64,000 nucleotides of DNA from a bacterium (GCA_963693055.1 OY843751.1:3104001-3168000); one strand, 5' to 3'; numbered from the stretch's first letter, positions 1 to 10,126 are shown. Made by a program: numbers and translations. The notes: a model not told the origin generated them from the letters alone.

Positions 1-549
1 GCAATCGAGTTATATGAGTATGTTATTGAAAATTACCCGGATTCAGAATACGCCCCCAAATCTGCATTTGCACGGGCTTGGATGTATGAAAAAATACTCG
101 TTCAACCTGAACAAGCACTCGAATTGTACAAGAATTTTATTGAGCAATGGCCAGAAACGGATTACACTCAAAAAATGATCAAACCCAGATTAGCTGCGGT
201 AGACAATTACCTAAAAGCTGAAGAAGCAAAACAAAAAGCAATTGCAGACTCTATTGCCAAAGCTGAAGCAGCATTGCAGGATTCATTAAACGCAGCTAAT
301 GGTGATTCGCTAGCAGCTACCACAGTTGCAGATTCACTGGATTCCAATTCCGTCATTCAAAATGACAGTACAGTAGCTAATGATGGTAAAAGATTATCAT
401 TGCCTGCAAATGTAAACACACAACAACCCGGCGAAGATCAAGCTGAAAACAAACCTGCAGCCGAAGCAAAGCCACCGGAAAATCAGGAGCTACCAGCTAC
501 TCCACCTGCCAGTGATACCGCACCCCAAGATAAAGGGAAAACGAATTGA
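1..549 (+). CDS. TPR/BamD-like envelope protein, C-terminal part (5' truncated by window)
   Basis: Frame is open from base 1 (AIELYEYVIENYPDSEYAPKSAFARAWMYE...YKNFIEQWPETDY), typical of BamD/CpoB-type TPR repeats. Low-complexity acidic/Pro tail. Confidence 0.65.
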   Translation, partial: AIELYEYVIENYPDSEYAPKSAFARAWMYEKILVQPEQALELYKNFIEQWPETDYTQKMIKPRLAAVDNYLKAEEAKQKAIADSIAKAEAALQDSLNAANGDSLAATTVADSLDSNSVIQNDSTVANDGKRLSLPANVNTQQPGEDQAENKPAAEAKPPENQELPATPPASDTAPQDKGKTN

Positions 550-1361
550 CAGTAAAGAAAAAAGCGACCCCCGTTCCAATTGTTGACATTAAAGAAACTG
601 CTCAGGATACATTTCAGTTTACACTATCTGATCCTGAAATTGCTGCAAACTCTCATTCAGGACAGTTTGTAAATATTTCCATTAAAGACATTCCCAATTT
701 ATTATGGCGCAGACCATTGGGTATACATCAGTGTGATCCCGAAAAGGGTACATTTGACATATTATTCAAGGCGATTGGCAGGGGTACAAAAGCAATCTCT
801 CAATTAAAAACAGGCGATATGCTCGACATACTTGGGCCACTGGGTAATACATTTGATTACCCGGAGGATTTGAACGAGGTAATTATTGTTGCCGGAGGTT
901 TAGGGATAGCTCCGTTTATACTCATGCTGCAGGACATAGCGGATCGGGAAATTGCCTCCACCCTCTTTTTTGGTGTTAAAAACTCAAAAGAATTATGTTG
1001 TATTGAGGCATTTAAATCTTTTAACACCGACATTCATATTTCCACAGAAGATGGGAGCTTTGGTGATAAGGGGCTGGTAACCTCAAGTCTTGAGCAATAT
1101 TTATCATCACTTGATACTGTCAAGGGTAAACAAATGTATGTATGTGGCCCCACACCCATGCTCAAAGCTGTAAAAGAAATTGCAGAGAAATATCATATCA
1201 ATGCCCAGGTTTCGATGGAAACAATAATGGCTTGCGGCTTTGGGGCCTGTATGGGCTGCCCGGTACCGCTTGAGAATCCCACAAAAGAAGGCAAAGACTA
1301 CTTGCTTGCCTGTAAAGACGGCCCTGTATTTAACATGAAAGATATAATCATAAATGAGTGA
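546..1361 (+). CDS. pyrK: Dihydroorotate dehydrogenase electron transfer subunit
   Basis: GQFV, RRP, GPLGN, AGGLGIAP, CGPTPM and the 2Fe-2S motif MACGFGACMGC...CKDGPVF. Overlaps pyrD. Confidence 0.95.
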   Translation: MTVKKKATPVPIVDIKETAQDTFQFTLSDPEIAANSHSGQFVNISIKDIPNLLWRRPLGIHQCDPEKGTFDILFKAIGRGTKAISQLKTGDMLDILGPLGNTFDYPEDLNEVIIVAGGLGIAPFILMLQDIADREIASTLFFGVKNSKELCCIEAFKSFNTDIHISTEDGSFGDKGLVTSSLEQYLSSLDTVKGKQMYVCGPTPMLKAVKEIAEKYHINAQVSMETIMACGFGACMGCPVPLENPTKEGKDYLLACKDGPVFNMKDIIINE

Positions 1362-2265
1362 TTTAAAAGTTAAAATCGGTAGTATGGAAATGGCAAACCC
1401 GGTATCGGTGGCAAGTGGTACGTTTGGATATGCGGAAGAATTTAAAGATTTTTTTGACCTGAATGCATTGGGTGCTATTGTAACCAAAACAGTAACCATT
1501 GAGCCCAGACCTGGAAATGCTCCACCAAGAATTGCAGAAACTTCCGGGGGCATGCTCAACTCTATTGGTCTACCTAATGTGGGAGTACAACAATTTATTA
1601 AAGAAAAGATGCCGTTCTTGCGAACATTAACAACAAAAATCATAGTTAACGTAGCAGGCAAAACCGATAAAGACTATCCGGAAATTATTTCCATTCTTAA
1701 CGATGTACCGGGTATTGATGCTTATGAACTCAACTATTCCTGCCCTAACGTTAAGGAAGGCGGACTCTCTTTTAGTGCTAATCCTCAGGTTGCAGAGGCT
1801 GTTACTCAAAATGTGCGAAAACAAACCACTCGCCCTATAATCGCCAAGCTTACACCCAATGTTACATCCATCGGTGAAATTGGTAGAGCTGTTGAAAATG
1901 GTGGTGCTGACGCAGTAAGCGCAATTAATACATTAGTTGGCATGGCAATAGACATTAGAACTCGGAAACCCAAAATATCAACAGTAACTGCAGGTTATTC
2001 AGGACCATCAATAAAACCCATTGCACTCGCTAAAGTATATGAACTTTATAATTCTATTTCCATTCCGATTATGGGAATTGGTGGTATAGAAAATACAACC
2101 GATGCTCTGGAATTCATGATGGCGGGAGCATCCGCTATTCAGGTCGGTACTGCCAATTTCTATAATCCTCTTGCTTCTTTTCAAATAACCCAGGGACTCG
2201 ATACCTGGTGCAAAGAACAAAATATTTCTCAACTATCACAGCTAACCGGTTCATTAGTACCATAA
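1354..2265 (+). CDS. pyrD: Dihydroorotate dehydrogenase family 1B catalytic subunit
   Basis: ASGTFG, GNAPPRIAET, NSIGLPN, ELNYSCPNV, KLTPNVT, SGPSIKPIAL motifs. Confidence 0.96.
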   Translation: MSDLKVKIGSMEMANPVSVASGTFGYAEEFKDFFDLNALGAIVTKTVTIEPRPGNAPPRIAETSGGMLNSIGLPNVGVQQFIKEKMPFLRTLTTKIIVNVAGKTDKDYPEIISILNDVPGIDAYELNYSCPNVKEGGLSFSANPQVAEAVTQNVRKQTTRPIIAKLTPNVTSIGEIGRAVENGGADAVSAINTLVGMAIDIRTRKPKISTVTAGYSGPSIKPIALAKVYELYNSISIPIMGIGGIENTTDALEFMMAGASAIQVGTANFYNPLASFQITQGLDTWCKEQNISQLSQLTGSLVP

Positions 2266-2279
2266 ATTTTATAAAAACA

Positions 2280-2723
2280 ATGAATTTATTCAGGAATCGT
2301 TTTCATTTCTTGTTATTTTTTATTATAATACCAAGTGTATTTTGTGTTCCGGATCCCAGGTATAGAGCGAATAACAGCATGGTATCCGAACCATCAAATC
2401 AAAAGCAGTCTTTTCAATCAAAAATATATGAACGTGGTATAGCTTCGTATATGGGAAAAGAGTTGAACGGGCGCAAGACCGCAAATGGTGAATCATACAA
2501 TATGTGGGCAATGGCTGCCGCACATAAAAAATTACCATTCGGTACCATAGTCCAGGTTAAAAATTTAAAAAATAACAAAACAGTCAATGTAAGAATCAAC
2601 GACAGAGGTCCTTTTGTTAAGGGTCGTGTTATTGACGTTACATTTGCTGCCGCACAAAAACTTGATTTCGTCAATGACGGGCTAGCTCAGGTAGAGTTAT
2701 ATATAATTCAACCCGTGCAATGA
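2280..2723 (+). CDS. rlpA: Septal ring lytic transglycosylase RlpA family (DPBB domain)
   Basis: GIASY...GRKTANGE...AAHKKLPFGT...VRINDRGPFVKGRVID. Hydrophobic N-terminus from ATG 2280. Confidence 0.9.
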   Translation: MNLFRNRFHFLLFFIIIPSVFCVPDPRYRANNSMVSEPSNQKQSFQSKIYERGIASYMGKELNGRKTANGESYNMWAMAAAHKKLPFGTIVQVKNLKNNKTVNVRINDRGPFVKGRVIDVTFAAAQKLDFVNDGLAQVELYIIQPVQ

Positions 2724-2739
2724 TGGATCCGGAGGTATT

Positions 2740-3567
2740 TTGAATTATAAAGATTTTCTGGTTCGGTTTCTTGTTGCCCTGGTTATGGGGCCATTATTAA
2801 TAGCTACATTTTATTTCGGTAAAATCTATCTACTCATCTTTGTAACCCTGGTTACCTGGTTGTCGCTAAAAGAATTTTTTGACATGTCACGTAACAAAGA
2901 GGTTTACGGGCAACTGATAATTGGTGGTGCTTCTGCCCTGATTATTCTAACATCCATCTATTTTCACTCTCCCGAAGCAATTGCAACTTTTGTGCTCATG
3001 TCTATCATTGCAATATTCTTTAAAGAATTGTATCAAAAACAGGGTTCTCCCCTATTGAATGCTTCCGTAACATTGTTCGGCACCTTGTTTCTCAGCTTTT
3101 TACTGGGAAGTTTTATATTATTACGCCAACTCCCCTTATACAAAGGCATTCCATACAATTGGGGTGGCAGCTGGCTGGTTATGATCCTGTTAACCACATG
3201 GTTATGTGATACTGCTGCATACGTTCTGGGTTCCATGTTCGGTAAACACAAACTGATAAAGCGTATTAGTCCCAATAAATCAATAGAGGGATCTGCTGCA
3301 GGATTTGTTTTCTCCATCGTTGGCGTGTTGATCTGCCATTTCTGGTTCGTTCACGGTCTTGAGCTTAAAGACTCTATCATTATTGGTGCTATAATCGGTA
3401 GTTTTGGTCAATATGGTGATTTGTTTGAATCCATGATTAAACGCGATGCAGGTGTTAAAGACTCATCAAACCTGATTCCCGGGCATGGTGGAGTTTATGA
3501 CAGGTTTGACAGCCTTATGGTTTCAACCCCCTTGATTTACATCTATTTAAATTTCTATGCCCTTTAA
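2740..3567 (+). CDS. cdsA: Phosphatidate cytidylyltransferase
   Basis: Polytopic membrane protein with ISPNKSIEG and GDLFESMIKRDAGVKDSSNLIPGHGGVYDRFDS. Confidence 0.96.
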   Translation: MNYKDFLVRFLVALVMGPLLIATFYFGKIYLLIFVTLVTWLSLKEFFDMSRNKEVYGQLIIGGASALIILTSIYFHSPEAIATFVLMSIIAIFFKELYQKQGSPLLNASVTLFGTLFLSFLLGSFILLRQLPLYKGIPYNWGGSWLVMILLTTWLCDTAAYVLGSMFGKHKLIKRISPNKSIEGSAAGFVFSIVGVLICHFWFVHGLELKDSIIIGAIIGSFGQYGDLFESMIKRDAGVKDSSNLIPGHGGVYDRFDSLMVSTPLIYIYLNFYAL

Positions 3568-3571
3568 ATCA

Positions 3572-3730
3572 TTACAATTTCTGAAAATCTGATTTTGCTG
3601 CTCCACAAACGGGACATTCCCAATCTTCCGGAAGATCTTCAAATTTTGTTCCGGGTTCAACCCCACTATCAGGATCACCACTCTCAGGATCATAAACATA
3701 ACCACACTGTGTACAAATATACTTTTCCAT
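3572..3730 (-). CDS. Rubredoxin (52 aa, absent from the ORF track)
   Basis: Manual translation [52 protein letters not shown], with both CxxCG motifs. RBS GAGGA upstream. Confidence 0.97.
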   Translation of the reverse strand: MEKYICTQCGYVYDPESGDPDSGVEPGTKFEDLPEDWECPVCGAAKSDFQKL

Positions 3731-3811
3731 AGTTTTATCCTCTGTTTTTAAAATTTTGTATTTTAAATATTAGTTAATTCAATAGAATTATTCAATAAAA
3801 TTTTAATCACA

Positions 3812-4441
3812 TCAAACATGAAAATTAATCAATTCTTCAAGTTTTTCCTTAAACATTCCCAAATGAATTCCATCTACAAACATATGATTTACCTGAATAT
3901 TGTAAGGTAAAAATACCTTCTGATCTCTTGAAAAATATTTGCCCCAGGAAATGCGAGGAATTGCATCTTCCTGCTTTAGATTTATTGTATGATCAATACT
4001 GGTAAACGATATCCATGGAATTGCAGAATAGAAAACAAAATCATCTCGATTAATGAAATCCTGAACTTTAAAATATTCTTTTTGACTTGCTGCTTTTTCT
4101 TTAGCAAATTGTACAAATTCAATTAATTCGGTACACATTTTTACTGTAACCATTTTAAACAAATCAGTACCTTTGTCAATATGCGCAAAAGACGGGGTTA
4201 AAAAATCATGCAAAATCACTTTACCTTTTCTTAACCGATATTTAAAATTCTCAATTTCATTCAATGTTCTAGTTGAAAAATAGACAAGTACAAGATTAAT
4301 GGGAAGGTCATTAACTTTAGAAAATTCAATCAAGCTTGTAATATCCAAATCAAAACAAATATTATAAAGAGGATATGCTACATTTTTAAAAAAATTAAAA
4401 TGTTCTTTACGACGCCAGGTATCAATATTAATTTCATGCAT
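3812..4441 (-). CDS. CatA-like (chloramphenicol) O-acetyltransferase
   Basis: W-x-RKEHF N-terminus, IPWISFTS, PRISWGKY, and catalytic His motif NHMFVDGIH. Start taken at MHEINIDTW. Confidence 0.85.
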   Translation of the reverse strand: MHEINIDTWRRKEHFNFFKNVAYPLYNICFDLDITSLIEFSKVNDLPINLVLVYFSTRTLNEIENFKYRLRKGKVILHDFLTPSFAHIDKGTDLFKMVTVKMCTELIEFVQFAKEKAASQKEYFKVQDFINRDDFVFYSAIPWISFTSIDHTINLKQEDAIPRISWGKYFSRDQKVFLPYNIQVNHMFVDGIHLGMFKEKLEELINFHV

Positions 4442-4571
4442 GTTCAATTTACCTAAAAGAGGAATTTTCCAAAATCCAATCAAGATGTACAATATAATTA
4501 ATTATAAATTTATGATAAAATTACAGGAATCAAAACAATAAAATTTCAGGGTGGAAGATCAAGCACAACGA

Positions 4572-4602
4572 ATACCTTCCCGGTATGAATTCGGGAAGGT
4601 AT
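4572..4602. terminator. Hairpin downstream of the PfpI gene (probable terminator)
   Basis: ATACCTTCCCG-gtatgaatt-CGGGAAGGTAT inverted repeat. No strong T-tract. Confidence 0.55.
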
Positions 4603-4610
4603 AAATAATA

Positions 4611-5135
4611 CTAGTTTTCAAAATACGAAATAATTGCTTTACAATAATCGGGTAAATCATCAGGTCTGCGACTTGAAATCATGTTTCTGTCTACAACAAC
4701 CGGCTCATCTACCCACACTGCCCCAGAATTTGTAATATCATCTTTAATGCCGGGAGTTGAGGTACAACGGTACCCTTTCATAATTCCGGCGGAAATAGTG
4801 ATCCACCCGGCATGACAAATGTGAGCAATAAGCAGGTTCTTTTCATGAAAATACCGGACAGTTTCCAAAACTTTATCCAGACGACGTAACTTGTCAGGTG
4901 CAAATCCACCGGGTATCACCAATCCATCATATTCCTCTGGCTTGATATCATTGATAGAAATATCTGATTCACAAGGATAACCATGTTTACCCTCATAAAC
5001 AATACCAGCCTCCGGACCCGCAACGATGACATTTGCCCCTTCTTCAATCAATCGAATTTTGGGATACCACAACTCAAGATCTTCATAAATATGATCTACA
5101 AACATTAGAATCTTTTTATTCTTTAAATTGGCCAC
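4611..5135 (-). CDS. PfpI/DJ-1 family type 1 glutamine amidotransferase-like protein
   Basis: EDLELWYP, YDGLVIPGG, nucleophile elbow ICHAG, VVVDRNMISSRRPDDLP. Confidence 0.9.
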   Translation of the reverse strand: MANLKNKKILMFVDHIYEDLELWYPKIRLIEEGANVIVAGPEAGIVYEGKHGYPCESDISINDIKPEEYDGLVIPGGFAPDKLRRLDKVLETVRYFHEKNLLIAHICHAGWITISAGIMKGYRCTSTPGIKDDITNSGAVWVDEPVVVDRNMISSRRPDDLPDYCKAIISYFEN

Positions 5136-5192
5136 AACGTTCTCCTTTTAAAAATTCAAACATTGTAACATGGTGGGTTGCTTAAACATTTC

Positions 5193-5226
5193 AAAAAAAA
5201 ACCGTTCAAAGTTGAACGGCTTTTTT
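5193..5226. terminator. Intrinsic terminator (bidirectional form)
   Basis: A-run, CCGTTCAA-ag-TTGAACGG stem, T-run. Directly after the TIGR00266 gene stop. Confidence 0.75.
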
Positions 5227-5229
5227 AAA

Positions 5230-6018
5230 TCAATCACCACCTATTAAATCACCAATCCCACCTAGTATTGATCCCTCACCTTTGCGGTTACCTCCGGCTG
5301 CAGGAGCACTTTTAATAATTCTGTCCGCAAGTCGTGAGAATGGTAAACTTTGCAGGTATACAGTGCCTGTTCCCCGCAATGTAGCGAGAAATAATCCTTC
5401 ACCACCAAAGAACATGGATTTCAAGTTCCCGGCTCTTTGAATGTCATAATCCAAGCCTGAAGAAAATGCAGCAATACAACCCGTGTCGACCATAATTACA
5501 TCATTGTTCAATTGTTTTTTTACAATGGTACCACCAGCATGAACAAATGCCATTCCATCACCTCTTAAACGCTGAAGAATAAATCCCTCACCGCCAAAGA
5601 AACCGGTTCCCAATCTTTTTGTAAAAGCTATGCTGACTTCAGTTCCAAGCGCAGCACAAAGAAACGCATCCTTTTGACAAATCAACTCACCGCCAATAGT
5701 AGCCATATCAATAGGAATAATTTTACCGGGATAAGGAGCAGCAAATGCTACCTTTTTTTTGCCTGAACCAGCATTGGTAAAATGTGTCATAAAAATGGAT
5801 TCACCAGTAATAGTACGTTTAGCAACATCTAACAATTTGCCCATCATACCCTGGTCAGCTTTGGAACCATCGCCCATCTTGGCTTCAAAACTGATACCAT
5901 TGTCCATCCAGTTCATTGCACCTGCTTCGGCAATTACAGTTTCATTGGGATCAAGTTCAACCTCAACCACCTGTAAATCATCGCCAATAATCTCATAATC
6001 AATTTCATGACATTTCAT
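5230..6018 (-). CDS. TIGR00266 / AIM24 family protein
   Basis: [63 protein letters not shown]. Confidence 0.92.
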   Translation of the reverse strand: MKCHEIDYEIIGDDLQVVEVELDPNETVIAEAGAMNWMDNGISFEAKMGDGSKADQGMMGKLLDVAKRTITGESIFMTHFTNAGSGKKKVAFAAPYPGKIIPIDMATIGGELICQKDAFLCAALGTEVSIAFTKRLGTGFFGGEGFILQRLRGDGMAFVHAGGTIVKKQLNNDVIMVDTGCIAAFSSGLDYDIQRAGNLKSMFFGGEGLFLATLRGTGTVYLQSLPFSRLADRIIKSAPAAGGNRKGEGSILGGIGDLIGGD

Positions 6019-6043
6019 TCAATAATCTCCTGAATTTATAATA

Positions 6044-7027
6044 CTATTTTAAAAACAGAGTAGCATCACCTAAACTAAAAAAACGATATTTTTCCTCAAC
6101 CGCACAATCATAAGCTGCCTTAACATTCTCCCAGCCATAGAAAGCGCTTACCAACAGTATCAGTGTTGATTTTGGTAAATGGAAATTGGTAAACAATCCT
6201 TTTATTGGCAATTTAAAATCAAATCCGGGATAAATAAACATATCAGAAAATTCGGATTTTGCTTCTACCCTGCCGGTTTGACGGGCAGAAGACTCTATTG
6301 CTTTCAAAGCTGTTGTACCAACAACAAAAAGTCTCTTTGCATTATTTATTAAATCTGCGGAATCCTGGTCAATTATATAATATTCAGGTTCCATCTTGTG
6401 CTCGGTAATGTTGGGATCCCTCACAGGCAAAAATGTACCAAATCCAACATGCAGGGTAACATACACTATTTTCACACCTATATCATTAATCTGCTGTAAC
6501 AACTCTGGGGTAAAATGTAATCCCGAAGTAGGTGCGGCAAGAGAGCCTGGTTCATCAGCATAAACCGTTTGATACTCGTCTCCTACTGTTCTTTTAATAT
6601 ATGGTGGATTAGGATACAGATGCTGATCAATAACAGATTGTAATTTTTCTTTAAATTCTACAAAAAATATATCATTTTCCTGATCAACCACTTTGACATA
6701 GTGCCCATTAAAAGTAAACTCGTTTCCAACCCTGACTTTTGAACACTGAATACGTGCTTTGGTAACATGTTCATCAATAGGTGCCATAACTATCATTTCT
6801 GCTTTTGCACCGGTTACTTTATTACCAACGAGTTTATTTTTTAAAACACGTGTTTTATTTAATACAAGTACATCATCTTTTTGCAGATAATTTATAGAAT
6901 CATAAAAATGAGCATGTTTATGTGTTTGTCCCTGAACAACCAAAAGTCGGGAATGGCTGCGTGGAGTTACAGCAGTTTGTGCAATCAATTCTTCAGGGAG
7001 GTTGTAATTAAAATCATCAAGTTTCAT
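6044..7027 (-). CDS. queA: S-adenosylmethionine:tRNA ribosyltransferase-isomerase
   Basis: DFNYNLPEELIAQ, YQTVYA, AAPTSGLHFT, TLHVGFGTFLPV, TNFHLPKSTL, YRFFSLGDA. Confidence 0.96.
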   Translation of the reverse strand: MKLDDFNYNLPEELIAQTAVTPRSHSRLLVVQGQTHKHAHFYDSINYLQKDDVLVLNKTRVLKNKLVGNKVTGAKAEMIVMAPIDEHVTKARIQCSKVRVGNEFTFNGHYVKVVDQENDIFFVEFKEKLQSVIDQHLYPNPPYIKRTVGDEYQTVYADEPGSLAAPTSGLHFTPELLQQINDIGVKIVYVTLHVGFGTFLPVRDPNITEHKMEPEYYIIDQDSADLINNAKRLFVVGTTALKAIESSARQTGRVEAKSEFSDMFIYPGFDFKLPIKGLFTNFHLPKSTLILLVSAFYGWENVKAAYDCAVEEKYRFFSLGDATLFLK

Positions 7028-7034
7028 GTATATA

Positions 7035-7715
7035 TTATCCTAAAATTTCCAGAAAACGTTCAGTGTCAGTTAAATCTTTGAAAACAAAATCGGGTTCATG
7101 CTCTTTAAGCTGGTCAACCGTATAATGAGCAGCTCCAACAGCAATTGAAACCGCATCGTGAGGTTTGGCGCAATGAATATCTGCCGGGGTATCTCCAATG
7201 ACAAACACATCACGCGGATCTGGCTCTAGTTTGTATTGTTGTTTAAAGCGATCAATGGCAAATGGTAACAATTCATTACGAATTCCAGAATCATCAGCAA
7301 AGGCACCAAATGAAAAATAATCGTTTAATCCAAAATAATTTATTTTAATGCGTCCACTTTTCTGCCAGTTACCGGTTAACAGCCCCAGATAAACATCGTC
7401 ATGCTCTACCAGTCTGGGTAACAACTCTTTAATACCAGGCATGAGATATTTGTCACCAATAGGTTTTTGGATTTCTTCATTTAAATAGTTGTAATAACAT
7501 TCTTTATATGATTGAAAGACAGATGGATCAAAGGGTATTGAAAATTTCTCAAGAGCATCCTCAATTATTGAAGTGTCTGTACGACCGGCCAGATTAACAC
7601 CTGCAAGAGCATCCTTAACATGATACACATCAATAAAGGCCTTATTCATGGCTCGCAAACCGGCACCACCACTTAACATGAGTGTTCCGTCTATATCAAA
7701 TAATAAAACTTTCAT
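7035..7715 (-). CDS. HAD superfamily hydrolase (phosphoglycolate phosphatase-like)
   Basis: LFDIDGTL, GLLTGN, VIGDTPAD motifs. Confidence 0.88.
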   Translation of the reverse strand: MKVLLFDIDGTLMLSGGAGLRAMNKAFIDVYHVKDALAGVNLAGRTDTSIIEDALEKFSIPFDPSVFQSYKECYYNYLNEEIQKPIGDKYLMPGIKELLPRLVEHDDVYLGLLTGNWQKSGRIKINYFGLNDYFSFGAFADDSGIRNELLPFAIDRFKQQYKLEPDPRDVFVIGDTPADIHCAKPHDAVSIAVGAAHYTVDQLKEHEPDFVFKDLTDTERFLEILG

Positions 7716-7716
7716 A

Positions 7717-8499
7717 TTACATTCCCATAAAATACATAATTATATTCTTACCCAGCAGCAACTGTACGGCAATTATAAATACCAGAACATAAATAATCTT
7801 TGTAAATAATTCCTGAGGAATTTTATTATTTAGCCAAACCCCCAATTTTACCCCAAAGGGTATAAAAACAATAAAAAACAATCCGGTTTTAAATGACTGC
7901 CAGGTTATCAAATCAATTATCAAATACCCGGGGACTTTGAGTAAATTCACTACAGCAAAGAATAAAGCCATTGTAGCAACAAATGTACGTTTGGGTAATT
8001 TTTGCGGAAGCAGGAACATGGTAATAATAACACCGGCAGAGTGTGCTATAGCTGAAAGGAATCCGGCAAGCATACCGGCTAGAAAGCCATGCCACCACTT
8101 GGGTTGATATTGAGACTGGCTTCCTGCACGCGAACGGAGTGTTTGCAAAATCAAAAATCCAATGGCAACAAATCCAATGGTTCTTTTTAATTCAACATCA
8201 GAAATCACATCAACAAACATGGTACCCATGATGATACCAAAAACAGCTCCGGGAATTAATCGTACAAGATTTTTTAAATCCCATTCACCGCGATAATGAT
8301 AGATTGTAAACCAATCGGCAATGATCAACAATGGAAGTAAAAAGCCTACAACAACTTTAGCCGGGAAAACCATACTCAACAGAGGTGTGGTTACAAGTCC
8401 AACACCACCACCAAAACCTGCTTTAGACATTCCAATGAGAATCACTGCAAGCGCGGGTAATAATATACATATGTAGAGTGGAAAATCACAAATCAACAT
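7717..8499 (-). CDS. Sulfite exporter TauE/SafE family membrane protein
   Basis: About 8 TM segments, SKAGFGGG, internal repeat, FFAVVNLLKVPGY. Confidence 0.85.
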   Translation of the reverse strand: MLICDFPLYICILLPALAVILIGMSKAGFGGGVGLVTTPLLSMVFPAKVVVGFLLPLLIIADWFTIYHYRGEWDLKNLVRLIPGAVFGIIMGTMFVDVISDVELKRTIGFVAIGFLILQTLRSRAGSQSQYQPKWWHGFLAGMLAGFLSAIAHSAGVIITMFLLPQKLPKRTFVATMALFFAVVNLLKVPGYLIIDLITWQSFKTGLFFIVFIPFGVKLGVWLNNKIPQELFTKIIYVLVFIIAVQLLLGKNIIMYFMGM

Positions 8500-8512
8500 A
8501 AATCCTGGTCTC

Positions 8513-8695
8513 CTACAATGAACGTAAAAATCGCATTAAAAGTTGTATCAAAGGCCAGGCAAAAATCAATACCAGCAATATAGCGACCCATTTAACAACA
8601 GATTTTTGTTTGGGTATTTCGTATTGACATATAGGACAAATGTCATTTGATTCATCAATATCAACTCCGCATGATGGGCATTCTCTCATCGCCAT
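8513..8695 (-). CDS. Small zinc-ribbon membrane protein (60 aa)
   Basis: MAMRECPSC...CPICQYE plus C-terminal TM helix. RBS AAGGAG upstream of ATG 8695. Confidence 0.75.
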   Translation of the reverse strand: MAMRECPSCGVDIDESNDICPICQYEIPKQKSVVKWVAILLVLIFAWPLIQLLMRFLRSL

Positions 8696-8880
8696 ATAAA
8701 CTCCTTGATAGAAAAAGTTTAACATACATATTTTGCATGAAAATCTCAAGATAAAAGTCCTTTTACAAATGTTTGTTAAAGAATCAACAAACAAGAAATA
8801 TGAAAAACAGAACAAGTGTTGACAATTGAGAAACAATTCTTTATATTGGCAACGCAACGAAACAAAATCTGAGGAAACAT

Positions 8881-9996
8881 ATGAAAGATCCAAGATTAGA
8901 CAAACTGGCAGACGTAATAGTTAATCACTCAACACGCTTAAAACAGGGTGAAAAGATACTAATTGAAGCAATAGACATTCCCGCTGAAATGGTTGTATCC
9001 CTTGTTAGAAAAGTCAAAAAAGCTGGCGGAGAACCTTTTGTTTCAATAAAGCAAAACAAGATATTGCGTGAATTATACAGCCAAGGTACTGATGTTTCAT
9101 TACAGTTAACAGGCGAACTGGAAGCTGAACGCATGGGCAAAATGCAGGCTTATGTGGGCTTGCGAGGTTCACACAACATAGCTGAAATGTCTGATGTCCC
9201 TGCGGACAAAATGAAACTTTACCAAAAATACTGGTGGGAACCGGTACACATTAACATTCGTGTTCCCAAAACCAAATGGGTTGTATTACGTTGGCCCTCC
9301 TCTTCTATGGCTCAACAGGCAAATATGAGTAGTGAAACTTTTGAAGATTTTTATTTCAACGTTTGTACTCTCGATTATGGTAAAATGTCAAAAGCAATGG
9401 ACGCGCTTGTTACCAGAATGGAAAAAACAGACAAGGTACATATTAAAGGTCCCGGAACAGATTTAACTTTTTCCATTAAGGATATTCCTGCAATCAAATG
9501 TGCGGGTGAGCATAATGTTCCTGATGGCGAAGTTTTTACTGCGCCGGTCAAAAATTCTGTTAACGGTACACTGTCATATACCGCAAAAACCATCTACCAG
9601 GGTGTTGCGCATGAAAATATAGTACTTGAATTCAAAGACGGCAAAATCATTAAAGCAACCTCAGACAAAACAGACATCCTAAACAAAGTTTTGGATACAG
9701 ATGAAGGTGCAAGGTATATTGGTGAATTTGCCTTGGGTGTTAATCCATATATAACCCAACCCATGCTGGACATCTTGTTCGACGAAAAAATTGGTGGTTC
9801 TTTTCATTTTACACCGGGTGCGGCTTATGACGAGTCAGACAATGGCAATCGGTCAAACGTCCATTGGGATATGGTATGTATCCAAACACCTGAATACGGA
9901 GGTGGCGAAATTTATTTCGACGGAGAGCTTATACGAAAAGACGGTTTGTTTATAACAAACGATCTACAACCACTAAATCCTGAAAATTTGAAATAG
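8881..9996 (+). CDS. Aminopeptidase, M29 family (AmpS/AmpT-like)
   Basis: NVPDGEVFTAP, IGEFALG, LFDEKIGGSFHFTPG, NRSNVHWDMV. Confidence 0.93.
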   Translation: MKDPRLDKLADVIVNHSTRLKQGEKILIEAIDIPAEMVVSLVRKVKKAGGEPFVSIKQNKILRELYSQGTDVSLQLTGELEAERMGKMQAYVGLRGSHNIAEMSDVPADKMKLYQKYWWEPVHINIRVPKTKWVVLRWPSSSMAQQANMSSETFEDFYFNVCTLDYGKMSKAMDALVTRMEKTDKVHIKGPGTDLTFSIKDIPAIKCAGEHNVPDGEVFTAPVKNSVNGTLSYTAKTIYQGVAHENIVLEFKDGKIIKATSDKTDILNKVLDTDEGARYIGEFALGVNPYITQPMLDILFDEKIGGSFHFTPGAAYDESDNGNRSNVHWDMVCIQTPEYGGGEIYFDGELIRKDGLFITNDLQPLNPENLK

Positions 9997-10004
9997 TTAA
10001 GTTT

Positions 10005-10032
10005 AAGCCCGAGTCTTTCTCGGGCTTTTTTT
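10005..10032 (+). terminator. Rho-independent terminator
   Basis: AAGCCCGAG-tcttt-CTCGGGCTT followed by a T-run. Confidence 0.85.
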
Positions 10033-10126
10033 ATCTTATTATTTTTTATTATGAAAAACAGAAAACATAAACATATCGTAATATCTTTAAAGAGATTTAT
10101 TAATTCCAACGAAACAAGGAAACATA

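Noticed and set aside
8696-8893. Long N-terminal extensions given by the ORF track (here, and for 2208, 11128, 18982, 32920, 43824, 51261)
   Set aside because: They overlap neighbouring genes or promoters. Downstream starts with a better RBS or family-typical N-termini were used instead.
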